From: Octopus vulgaris
Lineage: Eukaryota
Reading direction: 5' to 3'
DNA length: 64,000 nt
Assembly (NCBI GenBank): GCA_951406725.2
Contig: OX597819.1
Span: 32,240,001-32,304,000, forward strand
Shown here: piece by piece, positions 28,943 through 42,207 of the stretch
How the letters are laid out: each line of letters opens with the position of its first letter
Position numbering within the stretch: position 1 is the stretch's first letter
Notes under the pieces: generated by a model
What the model was told of the DNA's origin: nothing
What the model saw: the letters and a program-made list of their open reading frames with translations, nothing else
Databases searched by the model: none
Position numbers and translations under genes: made by a program

Positions 28943-29235
28943 TAATAAATAAAATAAAACATATGCATATATATAAACATATATGTACGTACCTACCTCT
29001 ACATGTACATATACACGCATATATGAGTACAGGACACCAAAAGGACGGTGAACACAATGAGAAACGAAAACATAGACACAAACCAAAGGAACTGGACATT
29101 TTTTAAACAACAAAAAAATAGAGTACAGGCTAATTAACACAAAGAAAAACCCCTTCTTCAGTCGCTATGGTTTCATCTACTCTACGTTTCGAAGGATAAA
29201 AGCGAGACGTATCTTCGACAAGAATCTTTCCTTCA
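28941..29235 (-). mobile_element. Second copy of the 18851-19109 repeat
   Basis: Near-identical and slightly longer; minus strand GAAGGA...TCCTTC-GAAACGTA. Confidence 0.6.
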
Positions 29236-29249
29236 TATATATATTGTCA

Positions 29250-29325
29250 GACATAAATAGGATTCGAACATAGACGGACAATTGTCCATTAATTTCAACA
29301 CCTTAACCACTCTGCCATCATTGTT
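29250..29325 (-). pseudogene. tRNA-Leu pseudogene with anticodon-arm deletion
   Basis: Minus strand GATGGCAGAGTGGTTAAGGTGTTGAAATTAATGGACAATTGTCCGTCTATGTTCGAATCC. Confidence 0.8.
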
Positions 29326-29597
29326 ACACTATAAATTATTGTAATGTTACCATAGCAAACTTGAAATATACTCCGTCTTTGATGGCGTGCCGATCTATAT
29401 TTTTATACCTCTGTTTTGACTTGGTGAAAATTATTTTACGCAGTCACCGCTTGACAGCAAAATACATAATACCAATCTCACAGTATACATGAAAGATAAA
29501 CATCACAGCCAGAACACACACTGAAAGGATGATGGGAAATGCAGTGAGTAATAATATCAGCAATAAAAGTTTTTTTGAAAGAGACCGACTTATCGGA

Positions 29598-29680
29598 AGC
29601 ACGGTGGTCGAGTGGTGAAGGCGTTGGGCTTAAGTTCCAATGAACAAATGTCCGCGTGGGTTCGAACCCCATTCGTGTTA
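29598..29680 (+). tRNA. tRNA-Leu-TAA: tRNA-Leu(UAA) variant or incipient pseudogene
   Basis: 83 nt; five stem pairs changed to G-U, one A-C mismatch in the variable arm. Confidence 0.75.
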
Positions 29681-30020
29681 CGAAGTTATTTCTTCTTCAA
29701 ATTCTGAGTTTATTTAGTAATTTGTATGTACTCTATATATATATTACAAAACTGTGTCTAAAGCTACTTTGTTAATTTTTTAAATAGGATCATACCAATT
29801 TTGAAATATACTCCATCTTTAATGGCATGCGAATCTATGATTCTATGCCTCTGTTTTGACTTGGTGTAATTATTTTACAGCCACGACTTGTCACCAAAAT
29901 ACATAATACCAATCTCACAGTAAACATAAAAGACAAACAATGCGGCCAGAACATACTGATGGGACATGCAGTAATAAAATTCCGATATAATCCATTTTTT
30001 CCTCTTCCCAAGACATACCT

Positions 30021-30080
<60 letters not shown>

Positions 30081-30133
30081 CCTTTGTGTGTGTGTGAGAG
30101 AGAGAGGGAGAGAGAGTGGGAGAGAGAGAGGGA

Positions 30134-30194
<61 letters not shown>

Positions 30195-30316
30195 TGTGTT
30201 CTATTTCATCCTTTAAACTGGCGGCTTCCAAAGGTCGATTTCTAATAAAGATTCTTCATATTTCATTGGTAGCTTACTGTTGTAAGAATTTTGCGAATGT
30301 GAAAATGTTACAAGTA

Positions 30317-30643
30317 TAAGGTGTGTTATTAGGTTTTATAGAACAAATATCGTATTGAAACTCAACAAACTGCTAAAGGAGGAGAAGAGAAGATGTTAGA
30401 AGCTTGAAAAGAATTTAATCCATGCATACGATCGTTTCAAACAGCAATATTAATATGTAAATAACATGGTAGAGACATTAGGAATTAATTTAATGATAAT
30501 TACATGTATTTACTGGTGTTCGAAACGATCGTATGCATGGATTAAATTCTTTTCAAACTTGTAACATCTGCTCTTCTCCATCTTTAGCAGTTTGTTGAGT
30601 TTCTATACGATATTTGTTCTAAAAATTCTCACAACACACCTTA
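30317..30643. mobile_element. Tc1/mariner-type MITE with ~140-bp TIRs
   Basis: TAAGGTGTGTT...AACACACCTTA, TA on both flanks, arms complementary with scattered mismatches. Confidence 0.85.
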
Positions 30644-30682
30644 TATATACATATACATATACATATAGGTGTACGTACATAC

Positions 30683-30822
<140 letters not shown>

Positions 30823-31109
30823 AGAATTCACAAAAAAAGGGGAAGACATGTGGTGTAGACAACAAGCAACGCATGCATATCTACCTATATATACATATAT
30901 ATACATGCACACACACATACACGCATACATATACATATCAAAACTTATTCTTGTCGTTACCTATAATTTATGAACATAATATGCTGGCGTATGTATGCCC
31001 ACGGTTAAACATAGGTAATATACCAGTAGCATAATGGATACTTCTATCCCTTAGACGGTTATTTTAACCTCTAACTCAGTTAACCTTTGATATAAATATA
31101 CATACATAC

Positions 31110-31166
<57 letters not shown>

Positions 31167-31227
31167 ATATTCATATATATATACTTATACATATAAGTAT
31201 GGATGTATGTCTCTATGTATATGTATG

Positions 31228-31286
<59 letters not shown>

Positions 31287-31319
31287 TGATCAAAATAAAA
31301 ACATGATGCGAAGGATTCA

Positions 31320-31397
31320 GCGGTACATATGTTTCGGGCCTTTATTAGACAGATTTATAACAATGCATAATGTATGTCTGTGGCCTTCTTCAGCCGC
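31320..31397 (-). ncRNA. Minimal type I hammerhead ribozyme (mirror copy)
   Basis: Reverse complement of 32105-32182. Confidence 0.7.
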
Positions 31398-32104
31398 GCA
31401 CAACAGCTTCCACAAGGACATGTGTTACATCAAAAATTCTTGGTTGGGGATGCAAATCCTCTCATTCGCGTACGACATAATGCGGCAGCAGCATAGAATT
31501 GAAGCGTCCATCTCTTTCTTCTCTCAATGTAGAATGAGGAAATTTGGATGTTGAAGTAATGTAAATAAATAAATACATATATAGACGTGAAGATGGAGGG
31601 GCGAGAATTCAGGACGAGGGATAAAAAATGTATAAAAAGTGTAAGTATAGAAAAATATAAAAATGTAGAGCATAAAGATATAAAGAGATATAAGGAGATG
31701 TAAAGGGGGTATAAAGAATATATATTTTTACTTTATAACCTTATGCCTTTACATTTATTTATATTTCTTTATATTTCTTTATATTCTTTATACCCCCTTT
31801 ACATCTCCTTATATCTCTTTATATCTTTATGCTCTACATTTTTATATTTTTCTATACTTACACTTTTTATACATTTTTTATCCCTCGTCCTGAATTCTCG
31901 CCCCTCCATCTTCACGTCTATATATGTATTTATTTATTTACATTACTTCAACATCCAAATTTCCTCATTCTACATTGAGAGAAGAAAGAGATGGACGCTT
32001 CAATTCTATGCTGCTGCCGCATTATGTCGTACGCGAATGAGAGGATTTGCATCCCCAACCAAGAATTTTTGATGTAACACATGTCCTTGTGGAAGCTGTT
32101 GTGC

Positions 32105-32182
32105 GCGGCTGAAGAAGGCCACAGACATACATTATGCATTGTTATAAATCTGTCTAATAAAGGCCCGAAACATATGTACCGC
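32105..32182 (+). ncRNA. Minimal type I hammerhead ribozyme
   Basis: Stem I GCGG/CCGC, core CTGAAGA, stem II GGCC/GGCC extended by AGACA/TGTCT, GAAA, palindromic ACATATGT, GTA triplet at 32176-32178. Confidence 0.72.
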
Positions 32183-32296
32183 TGAATCCTTCGCATCATG
32201 TTTTTATTTTGATCAATTTACTCCACCACCTACACCACCAAACGGTATACACAGGTGCTTATAATTATCAAGTACTCACCCCGAATTTCTATATAT

Positions 32297-32410
<114 letters not shown>

Positions 32411-32629
32411 GTGTATGTATATATGTATCTATGTATCTATGTATATGTATATGGATGCTGAATAAAATATGTTCTGATAGAGAATAAAGTTCGGAATCAG
32501 CCGAGTCGAGTGATCCCTAAGGATGGGGGCTACGGAATTAGCCGAATTCTCGGTCGGTGCTTTCGGGCGATTACATTCCCTGTCAGTAATATCAGCAATA
32601 AGAGTTCTTTAAAGAGACTGGGATCTAGG

Positions 32630-32712
32630 AGCGCGATGGCCGAGTAGTTAAGGCGTTAAACTCAAGTTCTTATGGATAGTTGTACGCGTGTGTTCGAACC
32701 CCGCTCTTGCTA
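32630..32712 (+). pseudogene. tRNA-Leu pseudogene (anticodon reads CAA)
   Basis: Colinear with the 28200 gene but anticodon stem broken, D-loop GG lost, T-stem mismatch. Confidence 0.85.
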
Positions 32713-33187
32713 AAAACACTTTCTATGTTTATTTCTGTGAATTTATTCGTACGTATATCATCTATTACAATGCTGTGTTTACTATTTTATTGATGTTATG
32801 CCAATTTCGAAATATAATGTATCTTTCATGAAGTGCGAATTTGTATGTTTTTTTGCTGGTCTATTTAAAGTTTGGTGTGAATATTCTGTTCTATACAATC
32901 ATCGCTTGACTCTAAACTGCGTATCACCAATCACTCATTATACACGGAAGGCAAACATCACTGCATACAATAACAGAACACACAATGAAATGAAATAACT
33001 CCAGAAACAACCAACCAAATTCCACAACAAAGCATAACTAACGTAGCATAGAAACATAATTCTACATTCCTAGAAGACAATACTGCATACAACCCAGGGA
33101 CACGGAAATACCATCAGGTGGCGCAGTAGAAGTTAACATGAAAACAATAATAAAAATGATCAGACTTAGGCGCATGAAAATGACCTT

Positions 33188-33590
33188 AGGCACAGGAGAG
33201 GCTGTGTGGTAAGTAGCTTGCTTACGAACCACATGGTTCTGGGTTCAGTCCCACTGTGTGGCACCTTGGGAAAGTATCTTCTACTATAACCTCGGACCGA
33301 CCAAACCCTTGTGAGTGGATTTGGTAGTCAGAAACTGAAAGAAGCCCGTCGTATATATATATATGTATGTGCGTGTATATGTTTGTGTGTCTTTGTTTGT
33401 CTCCCCAACATCGCTTGACAACTGATACTGGTGTGTTTACGTCCCCGTAACTTAGCGGTTTCGCAAAAGAGACCGATAGAATAAGTACTAAGCTTACAAA
33501 GAATAAGTCCTGGGGTCGATTTGCTCGACTAAAGGCGGTGCTCCAGCATGGCCACAGTCAAATGATTAAAACAAATAAAAGAGTAAAAGA
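33188..33590 (+). mobile_element. Family-B SINE, full length
   Basis: Matches the 7645-8040 copy. Confidence 0.88.
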
Positions 33591-34096
33591 ATATAGATTT
33601 TAGATTCTGAACCAAGGCCAGCATTTTTGGGGAGGGGTTAGGTCGATTTCATCGACTCCAGTACTAAACTGGTACTTATTTTATCGGCCCCTAAAGGATA
33701 AATAGCAAGTTGAATTTAGACTCGAACAAAAAGACGGGTGAAATACAGCTAAGCATTTTGCCCGGCATGCTAATGGTTCTGCCAGCTCGTCCACGTATCA
33801 GTCGTTTCTAATATAGGCGCAAGATTTGAAATTTGGGGGAGGAAGTTACTTTATTTTATCGACCCCGGAAGGATGAAAGTCAAAGAGGACCTCAGTGAAC
33901 TTTGGATACGGAACGTAAAGAGCCGTACTAAGTACTATAACTATTCTACGAATCGACCGCCCTTATAATAATAATTTTTATGGACAAAACCAGTGATAGG
34001 TGCTTCATTTTATCGACCCGAGAAAGATTATGGGAAATGCAGCAAGTAACAATACTATCAACAATAAGTGTTCTCTAAACATTACATGCGTCATGA

Positions 34097-34179
34097 AGCA
34101 CGATGGCCAAGTGGTTAAGGCGTTGGATTTAAGTTCCAATGAACGACTGTCCGCGTGGGTTCGAACCCCACTCGTGCTA
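34097..34179 (+). tRNA. tRNA-Leu-TAA: tRNA-Leu(UAA), probably foldable variant
   Basis: Acceptor, D, anticodon and T stems intact; changes at position 13, position 32 and the variable arm. Confidence 0.8.
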
Positions 34180-34741
34180 AGAAGTATTTGTTTTCTATGT
34201 TGTTATTCGTAAGTATTTTATGTATTACAATATTGTGTCTAATATTTTATTGATGTTATATCAATTTTGAAATAAATTTCGTCTTTGATGGAATACAAAT
34301 CTGCACATTTTGCTATTTTAAACTTGGTGTAGACATTGTGTTCATCGATTGGCACTAAAATGCATTACACCAGTCACCCATTACATACGAAAGACAAACG
34401 TCACCCAACAAAGACACACGACTCTCATTTGCACATATTTTTACACGATAGACAAAGCATTAAAATAACACCAGAAACCACCAACCAAATTCCACAGCAA
34501 AACGAAACCAGCGTAGTATGGAAACACAAGTCTACACTCACACAAGACAATGCTACATACATCTCTGCAATAGAGAAATACCACCAGGCGGTGCAGTGAA
34601 ACATAACATGAAAAAGACAATAAAAATGATCAGTCAAAAATTTCATAGAACATGAAAATCCAAACATTTATAGAACACAGGAAAATTGAAGACGAGATAT
34701 CGTATCAAGAGGAAAATATAAATTTTATGATATATATATAT

Positions 34742-35480
34742 ATATGGCTCGGCTTCGCGAACGAAGATCAGGAAGGCTGTCCACGTCGCGTGCATGCACG
34801 CTCATGACTGACAAGTCCGATATGGGAAAGGCAGGTCCGTTAGCAGTGTCCACAGACGAAGGTAACATCCGGTGTGGTGTCAGAGGCGGCTCGCGCCTTC
34901 CACCTGCGTCTCTTGTCTTTAAGTGCGTCTCTTCTTTGTTCCTCAAACTTGCTGACTGCGTTGAAGATCGTGTGGCGCCAGACATCACTGACCAGCATCA
35001 ATATACTGTGAGCATCTGAAACATTCCAAGTGCAGCTGGAACATTCCTTGGTGCATGCATGACCCAGGACTGAAATTTAGACGAAGATATGAGGTATAGA
35101 AAGAGGCATTTAGCAAAACGGCAACCTTGCAGCTAGAAATGTTTGCCCTTGTCGTAGCTCCAGTGCATGACTGTATATCATCAACCGCAGCATCTCTAGA
35201 CAAGTGCTCTGCGACCTTTTTTCCACTTTTGGTACACTTATATTCCTTTTAAAATTCGGCGGCACACCTGAACTAAAAATATAACCAAAAGTATAGGGGG
35301 AAAATTATATTCAGGTTACACTGCTGCACACCTAGCATCGTTTCGTGGCGTACCAATGTGCCGCAGCATACCAGTTGCGGAGCACTGCTCCAGACATCTG
35401 CTTTGGAATAATCGAAACAGCTCACCCATTTCAAAAGAAGCGAAAGAGATGCTTCAGTCTGCTCAGTTGCGTGTTGGTTC
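34742..35480 (-). mobile_element. RTE-clade LINE fragment interrupted by a hAT MITE
   Basis: Minus strand WRHTIFNAVSKFEEQRRDALKDKRRR...FVCGHC*RTCLSHIGLVSHERAC; (AT)n tail; upstream part heavily decayed. Confidence 0.8.
35202..35387. mobile_element. hAT/Charlie-type MITE
   Basis: TIRs AAGTGCTCTGCGAC / GTTGCGGAGCACTG; 8-bp TSD CTCTAGAC/CTCCAGAC, fitting the NTCTAGAN Charlie target. Confidence 0.8.
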
Positions 35481-36539
35481 AAGACACAACAGGCTGTATT
35501 ATATTGCGGGGCCTTTCTAATGAAAACTTTTAGAGACAGTTTTCTATCAGCCTATTTCCTATTGTAAGTAGTCACTTCACTCAAAAGCTTGTCCCAGTTC
35601 CTATCAACCTGGAGGTCCTGACCGAACCAGATCTAAAGCAGTTTAATCGGATCCACTGAAAGGCGCCGTCCATCGACAGCTTGCTCTTGGCGCCGAATTG
35701 GCTATCAACCGACAAGTCTTCTCTCCCAAGTCAAGCGGAAGGAATTTCAACGTATCTGACATTCGCAGCAATAACTTAACAACCAAAATGCGCAGAATCG
35801 ATAAAAAAAGGTGAAAGCGCAATGAAAGTACTTTGTTGTAACGGTTTCGATAGATGGTTATTTATCCTGACCGCCGAGTAGATGTCGCTTGAACAAAGAA
35901 GTGATCTACCATTTGAAAAACAATAATTTCTATGTATGTCGGTAAATGCGAATTTCAGAATGATTCTGTTTAAAACCGAATTTTAAAGCTATTTCAAATA
36001 GTTTCAATATCGACCAGATCCGCACATCGTTACATCGTAACCTTTTGTCACTCATTAGAGCTAGAGTAGAATGGTATGTTGTTGATCAGATTATACATAC
36101 AGATTACATATACTGAATTATTCATAAACACCGGATTAAATCTAGAGATTTCAGATAGCATTAGATAATTTATCTTGAAGGCGTCTTTACTTATTTACAC
36201 TACTCTCTCTTTCTCACCTGCTGCTCCTCCTCATCCTCTGCCTCCTTTCTCTCACTCCCACTCCGTTTTCTCTTCCCTTTGGTAGTTTGGGAGAAGCCGA
36301 AGCCTGTTTTTGTAGTTGTGGCGTATTTTTGTTGTTGTGGTTGCTATTGCTAACGTCGATGTCTGTGCTGTTGCGTTGAATTGCACCAATTCTTTTGATA
36401 AATCACTGTTGCAGTTATTGATGTTCCTGCCGTTGTTGCTGATCCTGCTGTTGCTGTTGCTTCCTGCTACTGCTGACTGCTAAAGCTGCTGCTGCTGATG
36501 ATGATGATGATCGTCTTCCTATTTGTTTTTCTGGGTCAA

Positions 36540-36900
36540 CAACCTCTGAGCTAAACGACTGTTGTTATGTCGATGACTATATCGATTCCACCTCACTCGA
36601 TAGCAACTCACACTTTTCACCTTCGTTAATAATTTCTACCAACATTTAAATACAGCAACTTCTTAGACATTGATGTCTCTTACGAAACCAGCATCCCAAC
36701 CTCTCCAACTCGGTTTTCTATATAAACTCACAGACTCTCACTCCAGCTTCACCTTAATGGCCGGCGTCCCAACGCATGTGCTACACATGCCATCCCTATA
36801 TCACAATGTGTCCCGCACCGCCGAATGCCCTGGGAGAAGTCCGACTACTACAAGTCGAAACAAATGAGTCACTTTTTCCCTTCTCGCGTATATGGACGCC
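36540..36900 (+). mobile_element. Penelope-like RT pseudogene fragment
   Basis: YVDDYI, FVNNF, FLDIDVS, VFYKLTDSHS and HAIPISQ fragments (frameshifted) in PLE RT/thumb order. Confidence 0.75.
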
Positions 36901-36974
36901 ATACTCTTCCCTTCATCCAATCCATTTTATAATCTTGTCGCTATTAGTTTCGTCTGTGGGAAGGGGTTGCAACC

Positions 36975-37505
36975 ATAGCTTTTACGGGTGTGTAGGAAGA
37001 AAACTGTACCTTATAACCTTCACAGTTCACAGGTTGCCCCCGTGATCTTTACCGGTGTGCAGAAAGGAGGCTACAGTCATAGCCTTAACTTGTGTGCAAG
37101 AAGAAGGCTGTACCTATAACATTCGCCGTCCACAGGTATGCAGGAAGGAGGTTGTCTCTATGCTCTTCACAGATATGCAGAAAGGAGGATGTATTCACAG
37201 CCTTTACAGGTGTCCAATACAGGTGTTGTACTCACGATCTTCTCAGGTGTGCATGAAAGAGGCTGTAATTATAGCCTTCACAGGTGTAGAAGAAAGGGTT
37301 TATACTCATAATCTTCACTGCTGTGAAGAAGATGTATTATATCACAGCCTTCACAGGCGTGCAAGACGATGGTTGAACTCATGATCTTCACGTGTGTGCA
37401 TGAAGAAGGCTGTCTTCACAGCCTTTACATGTGTGCAAGAACAAGCTTGTACTCACGGCCTTCGGTAGTGTGCAGGAAGGGATCTGTATCCATAGCCTTC
37501 ACAAG
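36975..37505. repeat. Old 37-bp minisatellite, ~14 diverged units
   Basis: Consensus ~CAYAGCCTTCACAGGTGTGCARGAAGRAGGCTGTAYT. Confidence 0.8.
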
Positions 37506-39904
37506 TCCTTCTAGTCGAATTTCATCAATATTCTTGAAGTCCCGATCGAATAGTTGCAAGTCGATAGCTACAAAAAAAAAAAAAGAAAGAAAAAGAACCT
37601 GCCTTGGAAAGAGGAATATGAAGAACCAACATTCTCAGGAGAAAGAACTAATCACAGTGGTCAGTGAGGGACTTGGAGGACACGAAAAGAGGAGAGACGG
37701 GTGTGTTGGGAACCTGAATGAAATTGGCACAAGACCAGCCAGCCCTGTGGAATAAAAGTCATTAGAGAGACGAGGCAGCATGCCTATTGGCCCGAGGCTG
37801 GACTGCGATGATGACCGTATTTCTAATAACTTTCCCCACTGGTCAACGGATTCTCATTCTCCACACCTTCCACCCTCCATCCCGACCTTTTCGGCACTTC
37901 ATCTTCTGAAACATCTACCTTCTGTTATTGCACCCTTAACTACACCAAACTGTTCCAATTTCTCACTACCCTCGTTCAAAAGTCGATCTAAGTTATCGGC
38001 CCTCGAAGGATAAAAGTCAAAGTCGAATTAGTTGAGATTTAAATTCGGAGTACAAAGGCAGACACCAAATACTACGTCATACATCTGTCCAACAAATATG
38101 TTGACACATCAAATCGCTTTTCCGACATCTGCTACAATGACCTATTCTCTCTTATTACTTCCATCCAGGTCACTTCTGATTCACTAAACTCTCATCTTCT
38201 TCTTTCTCATATTCTATCCGGCACCCATTAACCTTTACAAATATCCATTCTTTCCCAGAACATCCTTCCCCTGGAAACCCCTGTCCATGCTTTTCTGGCG
38301 GTGTTTGCGTAGCAAATATTCCAGAGGACTGTCAACCACGTTGATCTCATCTATTTCAGAAGGACTGACAAGGTTATGGGCTGGTCCATTTTACCCAACA
38401 CTAACCAAATACAAACATAAATTCCTTATATTTGAGACACGTGGCCAGGGGGTTGGCAGAATTGGTAGAGCAGTAAATTAAATGCAAGCGTTACTTAGTT
38501 ATGTTGCTTTATGTTTGGGGTTCAGATTCATTCGAGTTCATTTAAGCCTGAGGTTCTCAACATGGACGGAAGCGATGAGTGTCGTGCGTGTTTGACTTTA
38601 GGGGGAGGTTAGAGGTTGCGGTGAGATAACAATTGACATACTAAATTTTACCTATAGTAAGGGTAAAGATTCCCCCTTCGGTCATGAATAACCATGGGAT
38701 TACCCCCTTCCAAAATCGATGTAATTTATCGGCCCTCGAAGGGTAAAAGTCAAAGTCGAATTAGTTGAGATTTAAACTCAGAATAGTCGTTATTGTCCTT
38801 GTTGTTATTTTCATAGTATTTAATCGATTACTCTTGTAAATCTAAATTCCTCCTGTTGTTCTGTCACTATTTTTGTTAATAGATTAACAGAATCGTTAAC
38901 GCGTCAGATCTTATATTTGGTCTTATCATACTTTCAGATTTCACATCCCGCTGATAAAAATTTAAGAACCAATCAAGTACCGAAGTAGATTTAATCGTCT
39001 AATCCAATGTTTCTCAAGATGACAAACACCACCCTCCTCCCTCAAAATATTGGTTCCAAATTTTGGCTCAAGGTCAGCAATTTAGGGCCAGCGGAGTAAG
39101 TCGATTTCATCGACCTCACGGTTCAATAGGTACTTATTTCATCGACCATAAAAAGATGAAAAACAAAGTTGAGTTCAGCGGAATTTGAACATAGAAGGGC
39201 AAGACGAACGAAACGCCGCTAAGCATTTTTTCAGTGTGCTAACGATTCCGCCAGCTCACCGCCCTCCTTCTCCTCCTCCCTCAAAATATTGGTTTTAAAT
39301 TTTGGTGCAAAGCCAGTAATTTAGGGGGGAAGGAATAAGTCGATTACATCGATCCCAGTGATGAACAAGTACTTATCTTATCAACCCCGAAAGGAGGAAC
39401 GGCAAAGTTGTTCTTTGCGAAATTTGAACTCAGGCAGTAAAGATAGATAAAATGCTGCTATAAATTTTACCCGGCGTGCTAACGATTCTGCCAGCTCACC
39501 TGCATACCCCACCAAAATATTAGCGACCTATTTTTCACTCCCATCTCTTTATTAATGAGAAGGCATTTTAAGTCTAATTAAATCTCAGAATGAGATTGAA
39601 ACAGTAATCGCTCGATAATGTAATGTATAGAAGCCATCTTATCATGGCTAACCACATTGGGGAGGGGGTGTTACTGTAGCTTTATAGCCCCAAGAGATCT
39701 TCGTCTCTAGCTGACTCTAGACACAATATCTTTTAAGTCCTTATCCATATATTTCCTTTTTACACCATGGTATTGCGCTTGTTTAAAAATTAAAAAAGAT
39801 TTAATCATCTTGATTTTATCAAACCTGGCATTTGAAATTTTTACAGTCTCCTGCCGATGAGAAACACTGGACAAACGCCTTCCTTCAAACTATCGCCTTA
39901 TGCC

Positions 39905-39951
<47 letters not shown>

Positions 39952-40202
39952 CATTATTATTATTATTATTATTCGCTGCGGAGTACATCTGACGTGTTTT
40001 CGAACGCTCCAGGTGGGTTCAGATTAAAACATTTATTTAAACTAGCTTGGTGCTGTTTTTCATTATTCACTTTGTTCCAAGTTGTTAATAGAAACACTAG
40101 GAACCTGTCACTGGTTTTCCATGTTTGTTTGGCTCCTCCAGGGGCTATATTCGGCCCACAAAATAAGTTCGGTGGGCGTTTAATCAAATACAATTCAACA
40201 AG

Positions 40203-40248
40203 ATGGCGGAGCGCGTTTTGAAAGAGTTGGCAAAAAACTGCCCCTCCC
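40203..40248 (+). CDS. Candidate first coding exon MAERVLKELAKNCPS (unknown gene)
   Basis: CAAGATGGCGG start context (YY1-like), GTAAGC donor, non-repetitive CpG-richer flank; no downstream exon identified. Confidence 0.35.
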
Positions 40249-40408
40249 GTAAGCCTGGTGACTGCTGAACATTCCATCCCCCCCCCCACTTTCCTCCGTT
40301 ACAGGCGAAAATACAGGCGAGGGGAGGGGAAAAGCGAGGGTGAAAAAGTACAAAGTTCACCTCATAGTAAAATCAGTGGCGACATCGATAACATCTGTGG
40401 TAGCAGTG

Positions 40409-40810
40409 TTAGCACTCCGGGCGAAATGTTTAGCGGTATTTCGTCTGTCATTACGTTCTGAGTTCAAATTCCGCCGAGGTCGACTTTGCCTTTCATCCTT
40501 TCGGGGTCGATAAATTAAGTACCAGTTACGCACTGGGGTCGTTGTAATCGACTTAATACCTATGTCTGTCCTTGTTTGTCCGCTCTGTGTTTAGCCCCTT
40601 GTGAGTAATAAAGAAATAGAAATAGGTATTTCGTCTGCCATTACGTTCTGAGTTCAAATTCCGCCGAGGTCGACTTTGCCTTTCATCCTTTCGGGGTCGA
40701 TCAAATAAGTACCAGTTACGTATTGGGGTCGATATAACCGACTTAATACCTTTGTCTGTCCTTGTTTGTCCACTCTATGTTTAGCCCCTTGTGGGTAGTA
40801 AAGAAATAGG
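40409..40810 (+). mobile_element. Head-to-tail dimer of family-A SINE
   Basis: Two units; GGTAGCAGTG repeated on both flanks. Confidence 0.85.
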
Positions 40811-41429
40811 TAGCAGTGCCAACAACAGCGATAACAGTGACAACAGCGACAGAAACCGCAACAGCAGTAACCTAGCAATTCGGCAAAAGAGACCGAGAAA
40901 GTCCCGGGGTCGATTCATTCGACTAAAAAGAAATTCCTCAAGGCAGTCCTCCAGCATGGCCTCACTCAAATGACGGAAACAAGTAAAAGGTTACGGAAAA
41001 GAATAACAATTATTGTATGGCGGTGAGCCGGTAGAAGCCGGGCAAAAGCGCCGGACTAAATGCTGCTTAGCAGTACTTCTTCCGGCTCTTTAACGTTCAG
41101 AGTTCAAATGCCTCCGAGGTTCACTTCCATCTTTTCGAGATTAATAAAATAAGTACCATTTGAGCACCGAAACCAATGTAAGTCGACTTCTCCGCCCCAC
41201 CATCAAAAATGGCAACCTTGCGCCAAAATTAGAATAATTATTGTAGCTGTTGTTGTTATTCGTTTTCTTTTCCATTTTTTCCTCTTCCTTTCTTCATCTT
41301 CTTCTCACTACTACTTTCTCTGTCTCCTCTACCGATTCCCGCATCCTTTTTACCATTTCATCATTTCTATCTTGTCCAGCTTGTTCTACAGTTAATTTGC
41401 CAATTCCATAGTTAATCATTCATCGCCAA

Positions 41430-41588
41430 TGACTTCATCGTTGTCGTCATCACCGTCGTCGTCATCATCGTCGTCGTCATCATCGTCATCACCGTCGGCG
41501 TCATCGTCGTCGTCGTCGTCGTCATCGCCGTCTTTGTCTTCTTTGGTTGCAATTGAGTTGTTGTTCGTGTTACTGTTGTTGTGGATGG

Positions 41589-41621
<33 letters not shown>

Positions 41622-42122
41622 CGACGGTGATGATGATGATGACGGTGATGACGATGATGACGGCGATGATAATGTTGATGGTGATGATGACGATTATGAT
41701 AATGATGGTGATAATTATGATGATGGCGATGATGATGATGATGATGATGGTGTTTTACGACGATGACATTAATGTTGGAGCTAGCGTTGGTAGTAGTCAT
41801 GGTGACATTGATGGTCAAGATGGCGGGGGAAGGGAGTTCATGTTGTGGCGATGACGGTGGGGAATTCGAATAATCAACGCATTCACCGCCAAGATAGATC
41901 TTTCCTGGATCCTCCTCCTTCTACTTCCCTTCCATCCTCTCTTCCTTTTCTTCCTTCTCCCCTTTCTCCTTCCTTGCTCTCTTACCCTTGCTACTGCTGC
42001 TGTTCTCCCTCTTGCTGATTGCCTTCCATTCTTCACCAAGGATAAATGAAGAATATAGCATTCCCTTGCCTCACCCTCAATACACACACACACGCACACA
42101 TACACACACAAACACACACACA

Positions 42123-42207
<85 letters not shown>

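Larger units (their letters stand above)
31282..32220. mobile_element. Inverted pair of PLE-type terminal repeats (441-bp arms, 57-bp spacer)
   Basis: 31282-31722 is the reverse complement of 31780-32220; the same 83-aa ORF is listed on both strands; a hammerhead motif lies in each arm. Confidence 0.8.

Noticed and set aside
31303-32199. Duplicated 83-aa protein gene
   Set aside because: A by-product of the palindrome; it overlaps the antisense of the hammerhead and has no recognisable domain
41817-41828. YY1-like CAAGATGGCGG motif (also reversed at ~7064-7075)
   Set aside because: The 41817 copy lies in GAT/GGT low-complexity sequence; the 7064 copy has no supporting exon or donor
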